Shown: piece after piece, positions 8,887-19,114 of the stretch
How the letters are laid out: each line of letters opens with the position of its first letter
How positions within the stretch are numbered: the first letter of the stretch is position 1
From: Cyanobacteria bacterium auto_48_18
GTDB lineage: Bacteria; Cyanobacteriota; Vampirovibrionia; Obscuribacterales; Obscuribacteraceae
Length of the DNA: 64,000 bases
Assembly (NCBI GenBank): GCA_036170915.1
Contig: JAVHQC010000011.1
Coordinates: 96,001-160,000, forward strand
Direction: 5' to 3'
Made by a program: the position numbers and the translations under genes
Notes under the pieces: generated by a model
What the model was told of the DNA's origin: nothing
Databases searched by the model: none
The model's input: only the letters and a program-made list of their open reading frames with translations

Positions 8887-11256
8887 ATGGCCGCTGAGAC
8901 CTCTAAAAGTCTTGTCGTCAGGCAGGTGCGTAAAAGAAAGATAAAAACACTGGTCGCTTCAATTTTGTTGGCCTCGCATATAGCTGTTTCGGTGCAGCCG
9001 GCGTCGTCTCAAGACGCTTTGACAAATAGCGTTTCGGCAAATAGCCCGTCGGCATATAATGCAGAAAAAAACGATTTTGTCGCCAGGCTCATGGCGCAAA
9101 TGACCCTTGACGAGAAGATCGGCCAACTTAATCTTTTATCTGTGGGGGCAGATGTCACAGGCCCGATTCTTTCTCAGGGTGTAGAAGAGAAGATTTCTCG
9201 CGGTCAGGTGGGTGGTGTTTTTAATATTTTTGGCCCGGCGTCTGTACGCAGGTTGCAACAGATGGTGCTAGCCAAATCTCGCCTCAAAATTCCATTGATT
9301 TTTGGCTATGACGTTATTCACGGGCACCGCACAATTTTTCCCGTGCCGCTAGGCCTTGCCTGCAGTTGGAATTTAGACTTAATCGAGCAAACTGCTGCTG
9401 CCGCTGCTGCTGAAGCCACAGCTGACGGCCTCAACTGGACTTTCTCGCCTATGGTTGATATTACCCGCGATCCGCGCTGGGGCAGAGTTTGCGAAGGGGC
9501 AGGAGAAGACCCTTATCTGGGTAGTCGCGTGGCAGAGGCCATGGTGCGCGGATATCAGGGAGAACCTGTGGCTAATGCTTTAAGGCCCGATAAAATGCTC
9601 GCATGCGTCAAGCACTTTGCTCTTTATGGAGCTGCCGAGGCCGGCCGCGATTACAACACAGTTGATATGAGTCGTCTGCGCATGTACAACGAATATTTGC
9701 CGCCTTACAGGGCAGCCGTCGAGGCCGGAGTGGCGTCAGTTATGACTTCATTTAATGAGATTGACGGCGTGCCCGCCACAGGCAACAGGTGGTTGATTAC
9801 CGATTTATTGCGCAAACAGTGGAATTTTAAGGGTTTTGTCGCCACTGATTACACCGCCATTACTGAAATGGTGGCCCATGGCGTGGGCGACGAAAAGAAG
9901 GCCGCTCAACTAGCATTAAATGCGGGCGTCGACATGGACATGGTCGGCGAACTTTTCACCAAGTATGGTGCGTCGCTGGTGAGTGACGGAAGCGTGCCGG
10001 TTTCACAAATTGACGCTGCCTGCCGCAGGGTGCTGGAGGCAAAATATCAACTTGGTCTGTTTGCCAACCCTTATCGCTATGTGGGTCAAAGTCGGCAAAA
10101 AGAGGTCATGGATGCCGAGAAGCTTGCTTTGAGTAAATCCGCTGCCATAAAAAGTATGGTGCTCTTAAAGAACGACCGTAACATTTTGCCTTTGAATAGC
10201 GGCCAGAAAATTGCCCTGATCGGACCGCTGGTTAAAGATCAACGCAATTTAATTGGCAGTTGGAGTGCTGCAGGTCAGGGCAAAGAAGCCATGAGCCTCT
10301 GGCAAGGTTGTGCCGCTAAGGGCAGCAACTTTATTTATGCCAAGGGCTGCAATCTGGTTGACGACCCTGACTTAATTGAGCGACTGAACCGCGATGGGGG
10401 AGAGCTTGTGCTCGATGCCAAACCACCTGCGGCTCTAATTGCTGAAGCCGTCGAGGCGGCGAAGCAAGCTGATGTGGTGGTGGCTGCACTGGGCGAACCA
10501 TTTTGTATGAGTGGTGAAGCTGCCAGTCGAAGCAACATTGGGCTGCTCGATAATCAAATTAATCTTCTCAAGGCCCTGAAGCAGACAGACAAACCGATCA
10601 TATTGGTTTTGATGAATGGCCGACCCTTAGACCTTAGCTGGGCAGACCAGAACTTAGACGCTATTCTGGAGACCTGGTATGGAGGCACCATGGCTGGTGC
10701 TGCCATTGCCGACGTACTGTTTGGCGAGAGCCCCAGTGGCAAGCTAGCTGTGAGTTTTCCGCGCAATGCCGGCCAGATTCCAATTTACTATGCTGCTAAA
10801 AATACCGGCCGTCCGTATGTGGAAAAAGAAAAGTTCCACTCGCAATATCTGGATGTGCCTAATTCGCCTCTTTATCCCTTTGGTTATGGCCTCAGTTATG
10901 GTAATTTCAAATATGGCAATATTGCTTTGAGCTCAGACACACTTTCACCAGGTAACACCATTGCCATTACTACCTCAGTCACCAATAGCGGTGCGCGGCC
11001 GGCAGTAGAAACGGTGCAGCTTTACATACGCGATATGGAAGGCAGTGTTACTCGACCGGTCAAAGAATTGAAAGGATTTCAACAAATCAACCTGGCCCCT
11101 GGTGAAATGAAGACTGTAACTTTTAACCTGTCCGAGGCCGACTTGCGGTTTTACAATAGCGATTTAGAGCTAATTTCTGAGAGTGGTGACTTTAAAGCTT
11201 TTGTGGGCAGCAACAGTCGCGATTGTGCCGAATGCCGGTTTAAACTTGTGAAATAG
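8887..11256 (+). CDS. bglX: GH3 beta-glucosidase (BglX-like)
   Basis: MTLDEKIGQL, DVIHG, RDPRWGR, KHFA, ATDY nucleophile, PFGYGLSY, C-terminal Fn3-like ELKGF; signal peptide. Confidence 0.93.
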   Translation: MAAETSKSLVVRQVRKRKIKTLVASILLASHIAVSVQPASSQDALTNSVSANSPSAYNAEKNDFVARLMAQMTLDEKIGQLNLLSVGADVTGPILSQGVEEKISRGQVGGVFNIFGPASVRRLQQMVLAKSRLKIPLIFGYDVIHGHRTIFPVPLGLACSWNLDLIEQTAAAAAAEATADGLNWTFSPMVDITRDPRWGRVCEGAGEDPYLGSRVAEAMVRGYQGEPVANALRPDKMLACVKHFALYGAAEAGRDYNTVDMSRLRMYNEYLPPYRAAVEAGVASVMTSFNEIDGVPATGNRWLITDLLRKQWNFKGFVATDYTAITEMVAHGVGDEKKAAQLALNAGVDMDMVGELFTKYGASLVSDGSVPVSQIDAACRRVLEAKYQLGLFANPYRYVGQSRQKEVMDAEKLALSKSAAIKSMVLLKNDRNILPLNSGQKIALIGPLVKDQRNLIGSWSAAGQGKEAMSLWQGCAAKGSNFIYAKGCNLVDDPDLIERLNRDGGELVLDAKPPAALIAEAVEAAKQADVVVAALGEPFCMSGEAASRSNIGLLDNQINLLKALKQTDKPIILVLMNGRPLDLSWADQNLDAILETWYGGTMAGAAIADVLFGESPSGKLAVSFPRNAGQIPIYYAAKNTGRPYVEKEKFHSQYLDVPNSPLYPFGYGLSYGNFKYGNIALSSDTLSPGNTIAITTSVTNSGARPAVETVQLYIRDMEGSVTRPVKELKGFQQINLAPGEMKTVTFNLSEADLRFYNSDLELISESGDFKAFVGSNSRDCAECRFKLVK

Positions 11257-11289
11257 TCGACGAAAGATCCAGGTGAGTAAGACAAGCTT

Positions 11290-13509
11290 ATGACCGGTTC
11301 AGTTTGTAAAACTTGCGGCAAATCATTACTGGCTGAACATGCCGGTTCTTTCACGGCTTACATGTTTCAGCATAACTATTGCCAGTGCAATAAAGTAACT
11401 TTCTATAGTAAACGCAAACCGACAGCTTCGGCCGATTCAACTGAAGTTTGCAAACGGTGCCGTAAGGCGATTCCAAAAGACAGCAGGGGCGGTTCGTTTA
11501 CCGCTTTTCTCTTTGACAATCTGCGCTGCCAGTGCGCGATTCCGGCACGACCTAAAGCTAGAGAAAAGAATAAGCGTAGCGATACTGCCTATCGTACCGC
11601 GCAGCGCAAGCAATTTACACATTCTTCACAGACTGTCCCTTCGGGAGTGGTGCCAAAAGAAGAGTTTAAGGCTGGTGATATTGTTGGCGGAACTTTCAAA
11701 ATTAAGTCAGTTATAGGCAGAGGTGGCATGGGCGTTGTCTATGCCGCTGAGCAGCTTGCTTTGCAACGCTCATTTGCGCTGAAAGTTTTATCTCCGCAAT
11801 TGATCAACGAACAGACCTGGAAGCGTTTTCAGGCAGAAGCTAAAATGCTGGCCAGTCTGCATCACACCACTCTAGTGAAAGTGTACGACCTTGGTATTCA
11901 TAATCAAGCTGTGCCTTTTTATTCCATGGATTTGCTGGCAGGCCGCACGCTGGAGAGAATTCTGGCAGATGAAGGCCCGCTGGAATTGACTGAGGCCATA
12001 GATATCTTTCTACAAGTGTTAGATGGTTTGGCTTACGCGCATCGCAACGATATCGTTCATCGCGATCTTAAACCGGCAAATATTATGGTTTCATTCGCCG
12101 CCCAGGAGCCCACAGTAAAAATTCTCGATTTTGGCATTTCAAAATTGTTGAGAGATAGTGAACAAAATCTGACCGTAGCAGGAGAAATATTTGGTAGTCC
12201 ATATTATATGAGCCCCGAACAATGCATGGGAGACTCTGTAGACGCAAGGTCAGACATTTATTCGGTGGGCTGTGCACTTTTTGAAACCTTAACAGCGTGC
12301 ATACCCTTTGAGGGAAATTCAGTAGAGATGGTGGTTATGCATGAGCAAGAACTGCCGCCACTTATGGGTGATGTCTGCGACCTAGATTTTCCTTCATCAA
12401 TTGAGTATGTTGTGGCTAAGTGCCTTGAAAAAAGGCCTGAGGATCGTTATCAGTCGGCGAAAGAGATGGCCATTGATTTGAGCCGTATCAAATCTGAATC
12501 TTCTGCAGAGAGCGATTATTTTCTCAATAAATTGCCACGCTCAGTCACTATCCAGGCTGCGCCCCCGCCGGTAGACACCCTGCCGGCCGGGCAATGGGTG
12601 AAACCTCTACTTCTGGCTTCAGCGGCGATTATGGTGCTGGCATCCGCTGCTTTAATGGCTTTCAATTTTTGGTCTCAGAAACAGTCTGAACCTGTGACCG
12701 CAGCATCTGAAGAAGCCGAACCAATTTATTTTTCCAGCATTGAAGGTCCCAGGGTGGTCTTTAGTTTCCCTGACAAACCAGCAATCGGAAGAATCAATAA
12801 CAGATACACTTCATCAAATGGCAAGCTCGCTCAAGGTAAGGTTTATTACGCTCCCGCAGATCAGGTGCATTTTTTCACCAATGATTATTTGATTCATCAT
12901 CCTGAGTTGGTCAGGTCATTTCGCCCAAATGATTTATACGCCTTTGTGGTGGGCGAACAATCTATTGAAGAAAGAATACGCATAAATGGCATTATGCCTT
13001 ATGTTGCCAGACTCACCGGCTTACGTGTGTTTTCGGCCGACAACAATCGTTTCAGTGATGATTTGATGGGTTATCTCAATAGTTTGCCAAACTTGACTCA
13101 GCTCAATTTGATCAATTCGGAAGTTACCGCTGCTGGTATCAAGAATTATCATAACTGGAAAAATTTAAATGGTATCAATTTTGCCTACAACAGAGATTTA
13201 ACTGCAATGCTGGCTGCGGTAGAAGCTAGTGAAAACCTGACCTTCCTCAATATCGAAGCTCCGGAGCAAAGTTTGTCTGATGCCGACGTCAAACTGCTTT
13301 TGACTTGTAAAAACCTTGGTCATTTAAACATCATGGCTTCAGATGCCACCGATTCAATGTTACTGCAATTGGCGACCATGCCTAATCTAAAGTATGTCAA
13401 TGTTTCCGGCTGCAAAGTTTCGTCGGCGGCGGTTAAACAGGCAAAAGCTCTAAATAGTAATCTGCAAATCGTAACGTCTCAATCATTCAACAATGAGATG
13501 AAGAATTGA
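11290..13509 (+). CDS. Ser/Thr kinase - TM - LRR protein with N-terminal duplicated Cys motif
   Basis: GRGGMG, HRDLKPAN, DFG, GSPYYMSPEQ; TM LLLASAAIMVLASAALMAF; LRRs; N-terminal CxxC..GSFTA..CQC twice. Confidence 0.93.
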   Translation: MTGSVCKTCGKSLLAEHAGSFTAYMFQHNYCQCNKVTFYSKRKPTASADSTEVCKRCRKAIPKDSRGGSFTAFLFDNLRCQCAIPARPKAREKNKRSDTAYRTAQRKQFTHSSQTVPSGVVPKEEFKAGDIVGGTFKIKSVIGRGGMGVVYAAEQLALQRSFALKVLSPQLINEQTWKRFQAEAKMLASLHHTTLVKVYDLGIHNQAVPFYSMDLLAGRTLERILADEGPLELTEAIDIFLQVLDGLAYAHRNDIVHRDLKPANIMVSFAAQEPTVKILDFGISKLLRDSEQNLTVAGEIFGSPYYMSPEQCMGDSVDARSDIYSVGCALFETLTACIPFEGNSVEMVVMHEQELPPLMGDVCDLDFPSSIEYVVAKCLEKRPEDRYQSAKEMAIDLSRIKSESSAESDYFLNKLPRSVTIQAAPPPVDTLPAGQWVKPLLLASAAIMVLASAALMAFNFWSQKQSEPVTAASEEAEPIYFSSIEGPRVVFSFPDKPAIGRINNRYTSSNGKLAQGKVYYAPADQVHFFTNDYLIHHPELVRSFRPNDLYAFVVGEQSIEERIRINGIMPYVARLTGLRVFSADNNRFSDDLMGYLNSLPNLTQLNLINSEVTAAGIKNYHNWKNLNGINFAYNRDLTAMLAAVEASENLTFLNIEAPEQSLSDADVKLLLTCKNLGHLNIMASDATDSMLLQLATMPNLKYVNVSGCKVSSAAVKQAKALNSNLQIVTSQSFNNEMKN

Positions 13510-14461
13510 GTAATTCTTTTTCCTTTTCCAATGATAGCCCTGCTTTTCTTTCTACAGGCTGCAGCCGCTCTGTGTCCCATTTTAATGTATCGGCGATTGT
13601 CTCTGCTAGTGGCCTAATCTGAAGCCCATGCGCAAATGCTTTACTGCAATCAAACTGCATAAAGCCTGCCCAGTCTTGAGAAGACAGTGGTATCCACAGA
13701 GGCAATTCAGACCATGGTGTTATCTGTAGTGCCAGAAGTTTTTCGTCGCTCTGCCACACCAATTTACAGTCACTTTTAATTGTTTGCAAACACATTTGTA
13801 AAAATGCAGCCATAGTCAAAGGGGCTTCGGGACCAGTAGCATTGAAACAACCGCATGTATTGCTTTCCACCAGTTTGATTATCCATGTGGCGAGGTCGCG
13901 CACATCGATAAACTGAATTGTTCGCTCAGGTTTGCCTGGGCACAATATAGTTCCGCCCTGAGCGATACGCCAGGGCCAATAAGTGAAGCGATCACTGGGG
14001 TCAAACGGTCCGACAATCAGTCCAGGTCTAATAATCAGGCTGCTGCTGATATTGTCACTGACTATCTTTTCACAGTCAGCTTTAAAGGTGCCGTAGTCGC
14101 CTTCACCATTGTTTGTGTACTTGACCGCATTGGCTTCGGTAAGCGATAAGCGACTGAAATCACCGTACGCTGAAATTGATGAGATCAATACATAGTTTTG
14201 CACCTGGTCTTTGAGCGCTTTTACCGATTTCTCTACCACTTCTGGTTGGTAGCCGCAGGTGTCGATTACGGCGTCAAAATTTTTGCCGGCGAGAACTTCC
14301 AGGCTTCCTTCTCGATCGGCAATTAGTTTTTCTACCGATTGCTGTTCTGCTAAATTTTCACGGCCACGGTTTAAGGTGGTGACAAGGTGACCGGCAGCAA
14401 GAGCAGCGGCCACCAGATGCCGACCGAGAAATACCGTTCCGCCTATAATTAGCAGTCGCAC
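13487..14461 (-). CDS. NAD-dependent epimerase/dehydratase (extended SDR)
   Basis: IGGTVFLG Rossmann motif, YGTFK, IRPGLIVGP, QFIDVRDLA. Confidence 0.9.
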   Translation of the reverse strand: MRLLIIGGTVFLGRHLVAAALAAGHLVTTLNRGRENLAEQQSVEKLIADREGSLEVLAGKNFDAVIDTCGYQPEVVEKSVKALKDQVQNYVLISSISAYGDFSRLSLTEANAVKYTNNGEGDYGTFKADCEKIVSDNISSSLIIRPGLIVGPFDPSDRFTYWPWRIAQGGTILCPGKPERTIQFIDVRDLATWIIKLVESNTCGCFNATGPEAPLTMAAFLQMCLQTIKSDCKLVWQSDEKLLALQITPWSELPLWIPLSSQDWAGFMQFDCSKAFAHGLQIRPLAETIADTLKWDTERLQPVERKAGLSLEKEKELLNSSSHC

Positions 14462-14527
14462 TTATTTTCGCCTTGCGTTGTCAACGGTAGATAATAGCAA
14501 CAATTCGCACACTAGTAGAGCCTGATT

Positions 14528-14890
14528 ATGAAAGAGTCAATTCAAATTACCGTTTACGAAAAACCGACCTGCTCCAAATGCAGAGAAATGAGCAAGCTTT
14601 TAAAAGACAAAGGGCTCGATTTTCACAGGGTCAATTATTATATCGAGCCATTAGACGCGGCAAAAATTTCTGACTTACTACTCAAGATGCAATTGCCTGC
14701 CAGGGCCATTTTGCGCAGCAGTGAAGCAGTCTACAAAGAGTTGGGTTTAGCACGGGCTGAACTTTCAGATCAAGAGTTGATTGCTCTCATGGTTAAGCAT
14801 CCTGATTTGATGCAAAGGCCAATAGTCGAGAAAGGCAAACGAGCGGTACTTGGTCGGCCAACTGAGAATGTCATCGCTCTTCTTGAATAA
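14528..14890 (+). CDS. ArsC/Spx-family (arsenate reductase-like) protein
   Basis: YEKPTCSKCR N-terminus; HPDLMQRPIV..GRP. Confidence 0.88.
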   Translation: MKESIQITVYEKPTCSKCREMSKLLKDKGLDFHRVNYYIEPLDAAKISDLLLKMQLPARAILRSSEAVYKELGLARAELSDQELIALMVKHPDLMQRPIVEKGKRAVLGRPTENVIALLE

Positions 14891-14898
14891 AGGAATAT

Positions 14899-14923
14899 GG
14901 AACTTTCGCCTCACGGTGCCGTC
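14899..14923 (+). promoter_or_regulatory. ECF-sigma-type promoter (GGAAC-N17-GTC)
   Basis: GGAACTTTCGCCTCACGGTGCCGTC upstream of the AGGAG RBS and ATG 14952. Confidence 0.55.
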
Positions 14924-14951
14924 GCGCTAAAGCACTAGTTAGGAGATTGCC

Positions 14952-15395
14952 ATGTCAGGATTGAAACGAGCATTTACTGTGGCCCTGATGGCCTGCGCCA
15001 TTTGTGGCAGCGTTGCAGCCGGTGATGCCAAGAATTATCGTCAAATTGAATCAGATATTCGCTCTGCCGCTTACAGTGGCTCAAGCAAAAAGAAGGCTGC
15101 TCCTAATCGGGTGGCGAAAACCACCGCGAGTTATCAAACTGGCAATATCGACCGCACCCAGCCAGGAAATGCCGCGAAATATCAAACCGGAAATATCAAT
15201 CGCACCACAACCGGCCATCCAGCTAAATATCAAACTGGCAATATAGACCGCACTAAAGCTGGCCATCCAGCTCAGTATCAAACCGGCAATATTGATCGCA
15301 CAACCACGGGCAATCCGGCTAATCTGCAAACCACTGTCCGCAGTAAAACCAGCAACTATCAAACTGGCAATATCGATCGCACCCACACTAAGTAA
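14952..15395 (+). CDS. Secreted protein with five YQTGNI(D/N)RT repeats
   Basis: AGGAG RBS, signal peptide, repeats starting at 15132, 15180, 15228, 15276 and 15357. Confidence 0.85.
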   Translation: MSGLKRAFTVALMACAICGSVAAGDAKNYRQIESDIRSAAYSGSSKKKAAPNRVAKTTASYQTGNIDRTQPGNAAKYQTGNINRTTTGHPAKYQTGNIDRTKAGHPAQYQTGNIDRTTTGNPANLQTTVRSKTSNYQTGNIDRTHTK

Positions 15396-15740
15396 TTAGC
15401 GTGGTGATGGTGGCGTGGTAGGCGGCATCTCGTTTACCATGCGCGGGGCCTTAACGTATTGAATCGGTTGACCCTCTGGATTTATGCCTATATTGGGCTT
15501 CCGTGAATTAACTCTCTGATAGTTTTGAAGCACAGCGCCGCGCTCCATCTGGGGCGTGGTTGCGGTGGTGGGATCTATGGTTTTATCCGCTACAAAATCA
15601 CTAATAATCAAAGCTATAGCAAATACAGCTGCGGCCACCAGTACTTTGATAATCCAGCTGGCGCTGTTGTCGGGCTCGCGCACTCGTGCCGCCTCTAAGG
15701 CCTTTAGTTCGCTTGCGATTTCCTGATCTGACATAATCAC
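15396..15740 (-). CDS. Single-pass membrane hypothetical protein
   Basis: One TM (WIIKVLVAAAVFAIALII); GAGG RBS near start. Confidence 0.7.
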   Translation of the reverse strand: MIMSDQEIASELKALEAARVREPDNSASWIIKVLVAAAVFAIALIISDFVADKTIDPTTATTPQMERGAVLQNYQRVNSRKPNIGINPEGQPIQYVKAPRMVNEMPPTTPPSPR

Positions 15741-15760
15741 CTCTCTGCTAGATTAATTCT

Positions 15761-15785
15761 GACGCGGCCTTGCGTGTTTAGTTCC
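15761..15785 (-). promoter_or_regulatory. ECF-sigma-type promoter (GGAAC-N17-GTC)
   Basis: Minus strand GGAACTAAACACGCAAGGCCGCGTC, 20 nt upstream of the 15740 start. Confidence 0.5.
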
Positions 15786-15806
15786 TGTTGATATGTGGGC
15801 AATTGA

Positions 15807-16400
15807 GTGAATATTACCTATTCTCCAGAGCTAAATCGAGCTATTACGTACGCCCAGGAGGAAGCCAGAGATCTGGGGCACCACTGCGTTTCATCGGCTC
15901 ATTTGCTATTAGGATTGTGTCGCACAGACAGTATTGCCGGCAATTTTTTGCGAGCCCTTGGTGTGACTTTACCTTTTGCCCTGCCTGTTGTAGAAAGGCT
16001 GTGCGGCCGCGGCGAGCCGCTGCCAAAAGACTTGATACTGCCATTAGATCAGAGAGCACACGAAGATTTAGCACTGGCGCAAAGTGAGAGCAATCGATTC
16101 AAAAGTGTTTTGTGCCATCCTGAACATTTGTTGCTGGCTCTGTTTAGAGACCCTGAGAGCATCAGTGCTGCTGGAATTTTACCGGCTCTGGGTGTATCGC
16201 TTAGTTATGCCGAGGCCGAATTTGCCATCTGGCCTGAAAATAATCATGACCTTTCGGGCTACAAACAACAGCTGCAAGCTATGATCAAGACCTGGCAAAT
16301 GCGAGCAGAAATGGCAAAGCATCAGGGCTTTGCCCACCTGGAGGCACAAGCACTGCAACATGCTGACAAATACAAAAAACTCTTATCAAATCTTGAATAG
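15807..16400 (+). CDS. Clp N-terminal repeat domain protein with PspA-like tail
   Basis: AQEEARDLGH..SAHLLLGL and LAQSES..PEHLLLAL (two Clp_N repeats); no AAA+ module. Confidence 0.8.
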   Translation: MNITYSPELNRAITYAQEEARDLGHHCVSSAHLLLGLCRTDSIAGNFLRALGVTLPFALPVVERLCGRGEPLPKDLILPLDQRAHEDLALAQSESNRFKSVLCHPEHLLLALFRDPESISAAGILPALGVSLSYAEAEFAIWPENNHDLSGYKQQLQAMIKTWQMRAEMAKHQGFAHLEAQALQHADKYKKLLSNLE

Positions 16401-16427
16401 ACTTAAGACCAAAATTTTGAAAGCTTA

Positions 16428-18533
16428 TCAAGGCTCGACAAAGTTCTGAATCTGCTCACCTTTTGAAATTTGCAACTCTTTCATCTTTTTGAATTTTTTC
16501 AAGACCGGATTGTTTTTATCAATGCCACATTTGTCGGCATAGAGATATTGTAAATGCGGCAACCGTGCCAACATTGCCAGATCAGTGGGGCTAATTTTAT
16601 TGCCTGAAATCTGCAACATGGTGAGCCCAGAAATTTTGGCTATTGTCTTGAAATCGCTGTGCGTTAAATTGGAATTCTTCAAACCCAAGTTTGTTAACTC
16701 TCTACATTCACGCAGCTTTGCCAGCATCGCCGACGGTGCTACTGCGCCAGTCCAGTGAAATCGCTTTAAGTGTTTCCAGCAAGTAGCTTTAGCGAGTGTG
16801 TTGCCTGTTAAGGAAATGCCAAAAGCATCAAAATCTGCCAAATTTTGTAATTTATTCAACGAATCGATAGACCGCTCAGTTAGGCCATCATCAGAGATAA
16901 GTTCAAGAGATCTAATGAGCGGAATCTGAGTGACAGCGGCCAGCATTTTGTCGTTAGACTGAGAACTAAATAAGCGCACAGTGTAGATGTCACCTGGTTG
17001 AAAGCGTTTTACAAAATTGGGAAATTCTGCAGCAATCGGATTGGGCGCAAATTCAAGTAACTCGTTGTATTTATAGCGAATAAAGCCGCGCGCTTCCTGC
17101 CTGGTGTTTGGCTTATGTCGTTGAGCAATGATACCTATCACTGTATCTTTAGGAAAATAGAAGCAGCGATATTTCTGATCGCCAATGACGCCCACGGTTG
17201 AATATTTGTCGAGTTGGTTCTGTGAACCGATGGGCCTTTGCACTACGGCAGCGTCGCCAAAAATTGGTATAGGCGTATATGTTGATTGCAGACCTTCAAC
17301 TGCTGGAGCTGTTTTGTTGTGACGCGGTTTTATAAGATCAAGAAAAACTGCTGAGGCCGTCACAGTAAGCGTGAGCAACGCCACTAAAAACAACACAGGT
17401 AGCCAGGTGCTTAAGTCGCCTTGAGTTTGATTTGGTGCTTCCCTCGGAGGAATTGTAGCGCCCGAATATTGCAGCGGATCCTTTCCTTCTTTAATGCGTG
17501 TCAAGTCTAGAGCCAGTTCTTTGCACGACTGATATCGTTCTGCCGGATTTTTGTGCAAACATTTGCCCACAACATATTCAATCGATTTGGCGAATTCGCG
17601 GCCGCTTACCGTACTCATAGTTGGTGCATCTTTCTCTTGATGCAGCAGCGCTGTGTCAAAAGCCGTTGGCCCCGCAAACGGTACGTAACCAGTTAAAATT
17701 TCAAAGAGAGTACAACCGAGTGAATAAATGTCGCTTCTGGTGTCGGCGGGTTCTCCGGCACATTGTTCTGGGCTCATATACGACGGGCTGCCGAAAATGT
17801 CACCAGCTAAAGTCAAATTTTGATGGTGGGCTGATCCTTCAAATTTTGAAATGCCAAAATCGAGAATCTTAACTACTTGGGCACCGTCCCTGGTGCAGAG
17901 CATGATATTGGCAGGTTTTAAATCGCGGTGAATTACTTTATTGCGGTGAGCATACGCCAGCCCGTCCAGAACTTCCAGAAAAGGATCAATTACCGTTTCG
18001 AGCTTGATCGGTCCCTGGCTGACCAGCATCTCTTCTAAGGTTCGACCCTGCAAATAATCCATGGAGTAAAAAGGGAATTTCTGTTCGTGCACGCAGAGAT
18101 CGTAGACTTTAACGAACGTAGGATGAGTCAGGGCTGCTAAAATCTTGGCTTCGGTTTTAAAACGCAGCCAGCTTTTTTCTGTCACCTGGTCTGGTGAAAG
18201 CACTTTCAAAGCATATTGATTGTTTAGAGTCGTATGCCTGACAAGATAAACGACACTCATGCCGCCTTCGCCAATGACCGATATAATTCTAAAAGAGCCG
18301 CCGATAATTGTGTCTGCGGGCAGAATCTCGTGAACAGATAGTGGAGAGTCTGAGCGGGTTGCTTTGAGGCTCTGAGTAAAAAGTTTGTGCTGGTTAACTC
18401 TTTCGACGGTGCTTGTATGGTGAGCGTTTACGGTATTACTGTGTTCGCGCTCTAATGGACGCACCCCGGCACAGTCGCACTTCTGTTCTTTGAATAGCAA
18501 GGGTCTAGGCTTGCCACACGATTTACACAGCAT
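16428..18533 (-). CDS. Ser/Thr kinase - TM - LRR protein
   Basis: GEGGMS, HRDLKPAN, DFG, GSPSYMSPEQ; TM WLPVLFLVALLTLTVTASAVFL; LRRs; N-terminal CKSC..CDC. Confidence 0.93.
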   Translation of the reverse strand: MLCKSCGKPRPLLFKEQKCDCAGVRPLEREHSNTVNAHHTSTVERVNQHKLFTQSLKATRSDSPLSVHEILPADTIIGGSFRIISVIGEGGMSVVYLVRHTTLNNQYALKVLSPDQVTEKSWLRFKTEAKILAALTHPTFVKVYDLCVHEQKFPFYSMDYLQGRTLEEMLVSQGPIKLETVIDPFLEVLDGLAYAHRNKVIHRDLKPANIMLCTRDGAQVVKILDFGISKFEGSAHHQNLTLAGDIFGSPSYMSPEQCAGEPADTRSDIYSLGCTLFEILTGYVPFAGPTAFDTALLHQEKDAPTMSTVSGREFAKSIEYVVGKCLHKNPAERYQSCKELALDLTRIKEGKDPLQYSGATIPPREAPNQTQGDLSTWLPVLFLVALLTLTVTASAVFLDLIKPRHNKTAPAVEGLQSTYTPIPIFGDAAVVQRPIGSQNQLDKYSTVGVIGDQKYRCFYFPKDTVIGIIAQRHKPNTRQEARGFIRYKYNELLEFAPNPIAAEFPNFVKRFQPGDIYTVRLFSSQSNDKMLAAVTQIPLIRSLELISDDGLTERSIDSLNKLQNLADFDAFGISLTGNTLAKATCWKHLKRFHWTGAVAPSAMLAKLRECRELTNLGLKNSNLTHSDFKTIAKISGLTMLQISGNKISPTDLAMLARLPHLQYLYADKCGIDKNNPVLKKFKKMKELQISKGEQIQNFVEP

Positions 18534-18633
18534 TCAGATGCATGGCTCCGCCAACTAACAAGCAGTCAGTTTGAGTTTAACACAAGGGCGGCCATCAGTT
18601 GACAGATTGCCATAATTTGCACCATGGGCGGTG

Positions 18634-18915
18634 CTATGAGGCGTGCCGACGTTTCGTTTGAGGCAGTTCTAGTGGAGCGCCAAAGCCGCTGGCAGGCTCT
18701 TGCTCACCATAGGTGAAGCGCGGTACCTGGTCGCTGTCCATTTCACTGACCCAGTGATCAATCAAGTCATCTGCAGTCAAGACTTGCAGGTCTCTTTCTA
18801 CGCACTCTCTGGCGTAACAGCGCAGTCTTTCAAGATCCCAGTTTTTAACGTCATCTACCAGTCTGGCTATGGTTTCCGCTTTATCTAGTTCGCCGTCTTC
18901 ATAATGGCTTTTCAT
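18634..18915 (-). CDS. Small acidic hypothetical protein
   Basis: 93-aa ATG ORF filling an intergenic gap with plausible composition. Confidence 0.6.
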   Translation of the reverse strand: MKSHYEDGELDKAETIARLVDDVKNWDLERLRCYARECVERDLQVLTADDLIDHWVSEMDSDQVPRFTYGEQEPASGFGAPLELPQTKRRHAS

Positions 18916-19114
18916 GGTTTAGCTCTATCTATATGTAACGCATATAAATAGTCGTATGTAATGGGTGGAAAGTTCCCTTTGCAATGGCCAAATTCCGCAC
19001 AGGCAGCTATTCTCAACACCATACATATGTTCTAGCGAGTTCCAAATACTTGTAACCTGGCAGTTCCCAAGACGCCTGTGTGCTAAAGTTTGCCCACTAA
19101 TCACGAGCAACTAT

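Noticed and set aside
15132..15383. Regularly spaced DNA repeats as a CRISPR array
   Set aside because: In-frame coding repeats with synonymous variation, related spacers and no cas genes.
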